Made by a program: the position numbers and the translations under genes
Shown here: piece by piece, positions 9,219 through 15,958 of the stretch
Numbering within the stretch: position 1 is the first letter of the stretch
Layout: every line of letters starts with the position of its first letter
DNA from: a virus
Reading direction: 5' to 3' (one strand)
IMG/VR virus record: IMGVR_UViG_3300022699_000293
Location: 1 to 64,000 of that record
Length of the DNA: 64,000 nt
Notes under the pieces: generated by a model
Seen by the model: the letters and a program-made list of their open reading frames with translations, nothing else
Told to the model about the DNA's origin: nothing
Databases searched by the model: none

Positions 9219-10754
9219 TTAGTCGTCGATTTTTAAAACGATATCTCCCATATGCGCATTTTCTTTTCCGCTATTTGTAAGAATCCAGATAAAGGGACAA
9301 GGAGGTGTAAGTTCAGGCATTGGACCGCCTTGAGATGAGTGTACTGGAGCATATCCATCGGTAAAGTTTACAAACAAATCTGTGCGTGGGAGGGTGCGTG
9401 TCAAACGTTCTGCACCATTAACCCAATCTTCATCTTTGTCTAACTGCAACATACGTCTGAAAGGAGGACAAAAGTTTGTCCCACCATACCCATGACGTGT
9501 ACAATAATTTGTAATTTCTTCGTCAGCTTCAATTAAGAATTCTTTTTGTAATCCTGCGTCATACAATAATATTCGCGTAGTAACAGATTCGTTGCTTTTC
9601 ATTATTCCTTGAATCTCACTCATAAATTTGATGAAATCTTCGTCAGAAACAGACCCGGAAGTATCGATAGCTACAGTAATGAAAAAGCTAAAGTCCTTTT
9701 GCATACCAGGAAAAGGTTCGATTCCTTGGGATTGTCCTGTAGTCAGTATTCCCATGTGGGGCCAAGCCGTCGATTCTGCAAGTTTAGATGAGATACTGGA
9801 TTTCAAGAAATTACGAAGAATTTCGTACCAGGGTAGTGTCGGTTCTGACAAAAGATCATCAATAATGCCTTGTACAGATCCTGGGAGCGTACCTCGACTT
9901 TTATGTGTCTGTTGTGCGGCTTTCTTTGTTATGCGCTTAGCTTCTCGTTTGGCTCTATCTATAATGCGCTCTGCTTCTGCTTCGGTCATATGATCTAACA
10001 GATCTTCCCAACGAATATGTTGTGGCATGATACTACCGCGCACATCTTTAAGCCATTGAGGTGCTTGATTTACGGGTTGTGAAGATTTTTGATTTGTGTC
10101 TGGAGAGCTAGATTCTTTACCTTGTGCATTACCGTCTGAATTGGAACCATCTCCTTCAGAAGGAATAGGAATTCCGCTATCCACGAAGATAGGTGTTCCG
10201 TTTGCGTCAGTTTCTTGTTGGTAAGGTGAGTAGCTATCTGTTTCACATTTGTCTAGAAGTAAAGACAAGTATTCGTCAAAGGATTTACCTTCAGGGAAAT
10301 TGTAAGGATCATTTTCAGGAAACAGTAAAGTTTTGTGATGTTTTCGAAAATTAGAAAGTTCCATAAAGCTTCTTAAGGAAATGTCATTGGCAGCAAAATC
10401 CTGTGCCATATTTACGATTGGCATTAATTGTGCCCACTGGTATTCATGTTTGCAGAATTGTTTGTACCGCATCCCTCGGATTAAATGTTGTAATACGATG
10501 TGTGTAGCTTCGTGGATGACGACCAAGATACGCAAAGGAGTATCAATCGAACTAAAGAATTGAGGATCCCAAAGAAATTGATACTTACCTTCTTGCGTTA
10601 AGGATACAGCAGCGGTACCTAAGTTGTTAACGGCACGACGACCACAACCATTGAGCACGCGACCCCAAAAGTTGTTGCCTCCGCGAGGAGAACAGGCCCA
10701 TTGAAGCACTTGTGAAAGTGCTTTTTCAGGGTCATCATTAGTGTTGCTTTGCAT
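9219..10754 (-). CDS. DUF2201-type metallopeptidase-like plus vWA domain protein
   Basis: HExxH (HEATH), RGTLPG, MIDAS DTSGS, GGTNF, FTDGY; GGAGG RBS before ATG 10754. Confidence 0.88.
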   Translation of the reverse strand: MQSNTNDDPEKALSQVLQWACSPRGGNNFWGRVLNGCGRRAVNNLGTAAVSLTQEGKYQFLWDPQFFSSIDTPLRILVVIHEATHIVLQHLIRGMRYKQFCKHEYQWAQLMPIVNMAQDFAANDISLRSFMELSNFRKHHKTLLFPENDPYNFPEGKSFDEYLSLLLDKCETDSYSPYQQETDANGTPIFVDSGIPIPSEGDGSNSDGNAQGKESSSPDTNQKSSQPVNQAPQWLKDVRGSIMPQHIRWEDLLDHMTEAEAERIIDRAKREAKRITKKAAQQTHKSRGTLPGSVQGIIDDLLSEPTLPWYEILRNFLKSSISSKLAESTAWPHMGILTTGQSQGIEPFPGMQKDFSFFITVAIDTSGSVSDEDFIKFMSEIQGIMKSNESVTTRILLYDAGLQKEFLIEADEEITNYCTRHGYGGTNFCPPFRRMLQLDKDEDWVNGAERLTRTLPRTDLFVNFTDGYAPVHSSQGGPMPELTPPCPFIWILTNSGKENAHMGDIVLKIDD

Positions 10755-10772
10755 TCTTTTTCCTCCTATAAT
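10744..10772 (+). promoter_or_regulatory. sigma70-like promoter for the 10805 gene
   Basis: TTGCTT-17 nt-TATAAT, overlapping the divergent vWA RBS and start. Confidence 0.6.
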
Positions 10773-10804
10773 GTGATTGAGAAACAAGAAAGAGGTGTAT
10801 TCTC

Positions 10805-11809
10805 ATGTCTACGTACTATGACCAAACATGCGATCCCGGATATTCTTACTTACGTGTGCTTGTTGAACGTTACCCCAAATTAGGGGAGTTTACGAAAACA
10901 GCGAATATTGATGAAAATGAATTTTCGCAATTACCTGATTCAGCGTTTGCTTGGTCTAGTGAACGTCGGTATCCCATACATACAAAAGAACATGCAGCTC
11001 TTTCATTAGGATATCAAAAATTAGCTAACGCAAAACTTCCTATGGAAGTGGAGCAGAAGTTAAAAACTGCTGCACAAGTTTATGGAATTTACGAAGAATT
11101 ATATGAAGAGAATGTTCCAAAAGTGGCAGAAAATTCGACATACATATTCCCAGAAAAAAAGAGGTTTATGATTAAAACAGCGGAAGATATTAAATTAGCT
11201 GAACGTCGTTTACGAGAAATTTATCGGCAATTATCTGTAGAAGACCGTGCAGAAGGATTTCAACGCTTACACAAATATGCAAAACAATTTGGAGTTACCT
11301 TACATCCTTCTACCGAAAAACTTGCTGGATTTACGCTTACAAGTACGCAACGTTTGCGTGATTGGCTAGATGCGCGACAAGAAGTAACTCGAGGACAAGT
11401 TTTTAGTAAGGCATTTGAAAAAATTTCTAGCACTTTAGAAGGCGTAGCTCCTGAATTTAAAGATTCAGACATACAAGTATCTTTAGTTAAGGCGATACAT
11501 ACTTTAGACAAAGAAGCAGGTTTAGAAAAACTTTATGGTGATAAGTTACCAGACCCTATCCAAACAGTTTTTAATACGGAGAAGCGTGCTGAAGATTCTG
11601 TAGAAATAGGTACAGGTTTTTTAGCGGATAAAGGAAAATTATCTGCTGTACCTTTATCGTTTTGGGAAGATGTGTTAGGTAAAGACGTAGTTGCTGAAAT
11701 TTCTCCGGATAATGAAACTGTGGATTTGGATATGTTAATGCAAATACTTCCAACGTTACCAGACGACTTAAAAGCTATCGTACAAAAACAATTAGCTGCT
11801 TATTTTTGA
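10805..11809 (+). CDS. putative head-associated protein with two DUF6582-like repeats and many K-x-A motifs
   Basis: AFAWSSERRYPIHTKEHA and YIFPEKKRFMIKTAEDI; KTAN, KLAN, KVAE, KTAE, KLAG, KEAG. Confidence 0.55.
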   Translation: MSTYYDQTCDPGYSYLRVLVERYPKLGEFTKTANIDENEFSQLPDSAFAWSSERRYPIHTKEHAALSLGYQKLANAKLPMEVEQKLKTAAQVYGIYEELYEENVPKVAENSTYIFPEKKRFMIKTAEDIKLAERRLREIYRQLSVEDRAEGFQRLHKYAKQFGVTLHPSTEKLAGFTLTSTQRLRDWLDARQEVTRGQVFSKAFEKISSTLEGVAPEFKDSDIQVSLVKAIHTLDKEAGLEKLYGDKLPDPIQTVFNTEKRAEDSVEIGTGFLADKGKLSAVPLSFWEDVLGKDVVAEISPDNETVDLDMLMQILPTLPDDLKAIVQKQLAAYF

Positions 11810-12558
11810 TGTCCACGTATCTAACAAAATTAGCTGAGTACGTTTCTGCGATTCCTGATATTGTTGGCGATACCAGTCCAACAGCTGCAAAAGTATTTTT
11901 GCGCGACAGGTGTGATGATAATCGCTGCGCTGCTGTTTTGTATACAGCAACTCGTTGTGGTTATGGATTTGAAGTGCTTTCTTGGGAACCAGAAACGTTA
12001 TGGTTGGCTATGGAAAAAGATAACATTGATTTGAGCATAGTCTGTAGAGATAAGTTACAAGCGGCTTTAGCGTTAAACATTAATCCTCAGTATTATTGGG
12101 ATTCCATAGTTTTTGAGAATACTGTTCAAGCTTTTGAAGGAAATATAAGTGACTGGGAAACTATACAAGAATGTCACCCAGTAGAGATGGCGCGGACAGT
12201 GTACGAAGCTGAAATTATTAGAGGGATGGACCCTGAAGGAAAAGGGGACGCAGAATACGATGAGGACGTACAGCAGTATACTGCAGTTTGTTTAGATCGT
12301 GCCGGGTACGTAGTAGCTCCAAAACAACTACAATACGCAGATAAAAATTTAGAAAAGTTGCTACCCTCTACCGCACAATCCCTGAGAACTAAGATGAAAA
12401 AAAAGTGGGACAAGTTGAATAAGGAAAATCTCGAAACTGAAGTATTCGAAGAATCTCCCTTAGGTATCAACTTGTCCCGCTTAGCAGGCATTTATTTGGC
12501 CGTAGAGGACCATGCGAAATCTATAGGGCAAGATTTTTTGACGTTCAAGGAAGTTTGA
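11806..12558 (+). CDS. hypothetical protein (250 aa)
   Basis: Overlaps the upstream stop; acidic; no family recognised. Confidence 0.65.
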   Translation: MMSTYLTKLAEYVSAIPDIVGDTSPTAAKVFLRDRCDDNRCAAVLYTATRCGYGFEVLSWEPETLWLAMEKDNIDLSIVCRDKLQAALALNINPQYYWDSIVFENTVQAFEGNISDWETIQECHPVEMARTVYEAEIIRGMDPEGKGDAEYDEDVQQYTAVCLDRAGYVVAPKQLQYADKNLEKLLPSTAQSLRTKMKKKWDKLNKENLETEVFEESPLGINLSRLAGIYLAVEDHAKSIGQDFLTFKEV

Positions 12559-12931
12559 ATTCAGGGGAAATTTCTAGCTGTCGACTTTGGTCAAAAATTC
12601 TTTCACGATCTGTAAGTACGTTAATATCTATCCACAAATCATATTCTTGCAACGTAAGAGATAGCTTTTCCCAATAAGGTTCTTTTGAATATTTGAGGGC
12701 AAGGGGGTGCAATGCTCTTTGTACGTAGATTCGATCATGTACGGGAAGAGCGTACAACAACGCTATGAAATCCATAGCTACATCATCTATAGGAGGCGTT
12801 TCCAGAAACATTTCTTTCAAAACCTTTAAAGTTTGGTACCGCCATTCGTCACTTTTACCATTACATTCTACTGGGGTACAATTCTGACATTCTTTGTGTA
12901 ATTGTACTGTGTGTTGTTGGAGATGTGTCAT
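12545..12931 (-). CDS. hypothetical protein (128 aa)
   Basis: TAATG coupling to the AAA ATPase gene; N-terminal CxxC. Confidence 0.6.
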   Translation of the reverse strand: MTHLQQHTVQLHKECQNCTPVECNGKSDEWRYQTLKVLKEMFLETPPIDDVAMDFIALLYALPVHDRIYVQRALHPLALKYSKEPYWEKLSLTLQEYDLWIDINVLTDRERIFDQSRQLEISPEFKLP

Positions 12932-14166
12932 TATTTATCTCCTCGCAAATCTTGCTCTATCTTAATCTGGCTGTCGTCTAACTGTGTGTGAATTTTAGTC
13001 CACACTTCATGTTCTTGGACTTTGCTGGTCAGCTCAAACAAGTACGGTATTGCTTGATTCTCTTCAGCATACTTTTTCAATTGTGACAAAACAGTAACCT
13101 GTAATTCGTTAGGTAGGTCTGCTAAGTATAAAACCAAGTTACGAGCAGCTTGGGTAACCTCAGGTTGCAAACTGAAAAGATACGTAAGAACGTTTAAGTT
13201 TAGTTCTGTGATTTTTTCGTGTTCTGATTTTTCTAATAGCAAACGTACAGGACGTTGTCCTTTTTCTTCATAATTAAGCAGTACGTCTTCAGCTTTTACA
13301 GCTGTACGATTATCTTTTAAATGCTCTACCAGTTGTTGTGCAGAAGCCATTCCTATCGACGCAGCATAACGACAAAGTGCGAAATCATCGTTAATTGGTT
13401 TTCCAGCTTTTTCTAAGAGGTAGACATCAAGAGATATGGTTTGGACTGTTGCGGGGCACATATATTGTTTGTTTTGTTGTTGTGCTTTTTTATCATACAG
13501 CATCTTAGGGTATTGTGTAACAAAGTTAAGAACTTCTGGGTGGCATGGTCGAGGTTCTCCCAATGCTAATACGTCACTTTCATGAAAACGAGAGCTAGAT
13601 GCGTGGTTCAACCAATCTTTAAAAGATTCTACAGCGTAGAACCATTTCAAACGTCTACGCAATGCCGCGTTATTTTCAATTTGTGTAACCATGTATTGTG
13701 CGGTGGCTGGATTCATGAGAGCAACTACAATTGCCTCGTCTGGAAGGACATAATTGAACATTCGCCTGTCTTCGACTAACGAGAAGAACATAGCAATGCT
13801 GTGTTGAAGACCTTGGTTGATTTCTTCAAACAGCATTATAGCTTTTTCTCCTTGTTTTGGAAAAACAGACGGAACCAGCAAATCAAAATATCCTTCAGGA
13901 GCATCTCTGGTACTAGGGATTCCAGTACCGACTAAGCCGTAATGGGCGGTACGGATATCGTAAATCGAGGCGTTTTCATCTTTTGCAATCTGGGCAACGA
14001 TTTGCGATTTGCCGATACCTGCTTCACCAACAACGCAAATAGCTCCGCGATGTTGCTTCTGTTCCCAGCTTAATTTGATTTGCTCCTGAATTTCACTAAT
14101 TCTCAAACTGGGAATGTCGTACTTTGCTGCGTAAGGTAGGTGTTTGCTGTCTTGTTTTTTTCCCAT
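12931..14166 (-). CDS. MoxR-like AAA+ ATPase (probable partner of the vWA/DUF2201 protein)
   Basis: Walker A GEAGIGKS, Walker B LFEEIN, ALMNP, ALRRR arginine finger. Confidence 0.85.
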   Translation of the reverse strand: MGKKQDSKHLPYAAKYDIPSLRISEIQEQIKLSWEQKQHRGAICVVGEAGIGKSQIVAQIAKDENASIYDIRTAHYGLVGTGIPSTRDAPEGYFDLLVPSVFPKQGEKAIMLFEEINQGLQHSIAMFFSLVEDRRMFNYVLPDEAIVVALMNPATAQYMVTQIENNAALRRRLKWFYAVESFKDWLNHASSSRFHESDVLALGEPRPCHPEVLNFVTQYPKMLYDKKAQQQNKQYMCPATVQTISLDVYLLEKAGKPINDDFALCRYAASIGMASAQQLVEHLKDNRTAVKAEDVLLNYEEKGQRPVRLLLEKSEHEKITELNLNVLTYLFSLQPEVTQAARNLVLYLADLPNELQVTVLSQLKKYAEENQAIPYLFELTSKVQEHEVWTKIHTQLDDSQIKIEQDLRGDK

Positions 14167-14186
14167 TTGCGTGTTACCTTTCGTTT

Positions 14187-15791
14187 ATGACACAGATAGG
14201 TAAAACCCCACTCAGTATAGTTACAGAGTCTTGGATTGTGTTGGATGGTCAACCTTTTCGTTTAGATGATTGGCCTATGCATCGAGCATTCTATGATGGG
14301 CGGTACCAACGTACGTTATTTAAAACAAGTCGCCAAGTAGCCAAGTCTACAACGTTAGCTAATTTTTCTATCATCGAATGTAGTCTTATACCACACTTCT
14401 CAACCATGTTTGTCAGTCCTTCTAAAGAGCAAACTACGCGTTTTTCTAATACACGAGTGGGTAAAACTATGAGGTATTCTCCAATTATCCACGATAATTA
14501 TTTACGTACGGATTTAGCTGATAGGGTATTTCATAAGCAATTCACTAACGGTAGTGAAATGTTATTTACTTATGCTTGCGATGATGCAGAACGTTTACGT
14601 GGACCCTCAGTCGATAGAGCTATGTACGACGAGGTGCAAGATATTTTATATGATCCTGTAATCACAGTAGGGAATGAAACAATGGCTAATTCTGATTATG
14701 CTTATGAAACATACGCAGGAACGCCAAAAACGATGGAAAATACTATTCAATATTTGTGGGAAAACTCAACACAAACAGAATGGGTGATGCGCTGTGAAAA
14801 ATGTAATAAATTAGTTTTTATAGATAATGAAAAAGCTGTAGGCAAATATGGACCTATTTGTACAAATTGTGGAGGGTATTTAAATCCTTACTTAGGACAG
14901 TGGGTTGATATGGCTCCAAATAAACCAATACAAGGATTTCATATCAGCCAATTAATGATGCCCGTCAACGTACCGCATGCGGTTAGATCAGCAGGTAAAT
15001 CCACAGACATAATAGAACAATCTGAAAAGCGTTGGGAGAGGATCGTCCAGAAATACGAAGATCCCAATAACACACTTTCTGTATTTCGTAATGAAGTTCT
15101 CGGAGTTTCTGATGAGATCGGTACTAGGTTAATTTCACAAGAAGAGTTAGAAGCTCTTTGTACCGGACGACCAACCGTAACATATCCTGAGCCTAAGGAT
15201 TTACAAGGATTCTCACAAATTGTAGCGGGTGCGGATTGGTCTGGTGGCGGTACTACGGGAGTTTCGAGAACAGTGTTATGGATTTGGGGTTGGAGACCGA
15301 CAGACCAAAAGCTAGTTTGTCTGTTCTATAAAGTTTACCCAAGTACAAACCCTGTTTCAGTTGTTACTGAAATTGGAGAAATATGTAAACAATACCGGGT
15401 ATCTTTATTTTGTGGTGATGCGGGCGAAGGTGCGTTACCGAATGATACTATGCGACAACATTTGGGCCATCATCGAGTAATTCAAGTACAGTATGGTACT
15501 CAAGCTAAAGCTTTAAAATTCAATCAAGTAGATCGCTATACTGCAGATAGGACCACATTGATAGATAATTACATGATGTTATTGAAACAGAAAAAAGTAG
15601 AATTTGGGCCGTTGTCTGAGATGCGTCTCGCTATTAGTGATATTTTAAATGAATACGAAGACATCACACAAAACGATAGAAAAGTATGGCGGCATTCTCC
15701 GCAGAAACCCGATGATTGTTTGCATGCAGGATTGTTTGGGTGGATTGCTTGGAAGGTAGTAAACAAAGATTTAAAATTTTGGCAGGAATAA
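14187..15791 (+). CDS. terL: terminase large subunit (GpA-like, with Zn-finger)
   Basis: SRQVAKST Walker A region, LRGPS.DR..YDEVQD Walker B, GTPKT, CEKC...CTNC, GADWSGG and PDDCLHA nuclease motifs; start placed at ATG 14187. Confidence 0.88.
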   Translation: MTQIGKTPLSIVTESWIVLDGQPFRLDDWPMHRAFYDGRYQRTLFKTSRQVAKSTTLANFSIIECSLIPHFSTMFVSPSKEQTTRFSNTRVGKTMRYSPIIHDNYLRTDLADRVFHKQFTNGSEMLFTYACDDAERLRGPSVDRAMYDEVQDILYDPVITVGNETMANSDYAYETYAGTPKTMENTIQYLWENSTQTEWVMRCEKCNKLVFIDNEKAVGKYGPICTNCGGYLNPYLGQWVDMAPNKPIQGFHISQLMMPVNVPHAVRSAGKSTDIIEQSEKRWERIVQKYEDPNNTLSVFRNEVLGVSDEIGTRLISQEELEALCTGRPTVTYPEPKDLQGFSQIVAGADWSGGGTTGVSRTVLWIWGWRPTDQKLVCLFYKVYPSTNPVSVVTEIGEICKQYRVSLFCGDAGEGALPNDTMRQHLGHHRVIQVQYGTQAKALKFNQVDRYTADRTTLIDNYMMLLKQKKVEFGPLSEMRLAISDILNEYEDITQNDRKVWRHSPQKPDDCLHAGLFGWIAWKVVNKDLKFWQE

Positions 15792-15958
15792 GAAACACAT
15801 ACACTGCTTGATTTGGTACGTTAGTTGAAGGGGAGAACAACTAATGGACCAAAACTAATCTTTAATTTTTAAAGCTATAAAGTACGTAACGTACTTTTTA
15901 AAAAATGCTATCTGGGGGGAAATAAAATAACATGGTAATCCAGTGTATGTTTTTTTTT
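15792..15958. ncRNA. candidate structured non-coding element: closing inverted repeat enclosing three hairpins
   Basis: ACATACACTG (15797-15806) / CAGTGTATGT (15941-15950); hairpins 15812-15853, 15866-15904, 15905-15933; T-run after the closing stem. Confidence 0.5.

Noticed and set aside
15792-15958. tRNA gene in the intergenic cloverleaf-like region
   Set aside because: Too long and AT-rich, with no T-loop GTTCRA or D-loop consensus
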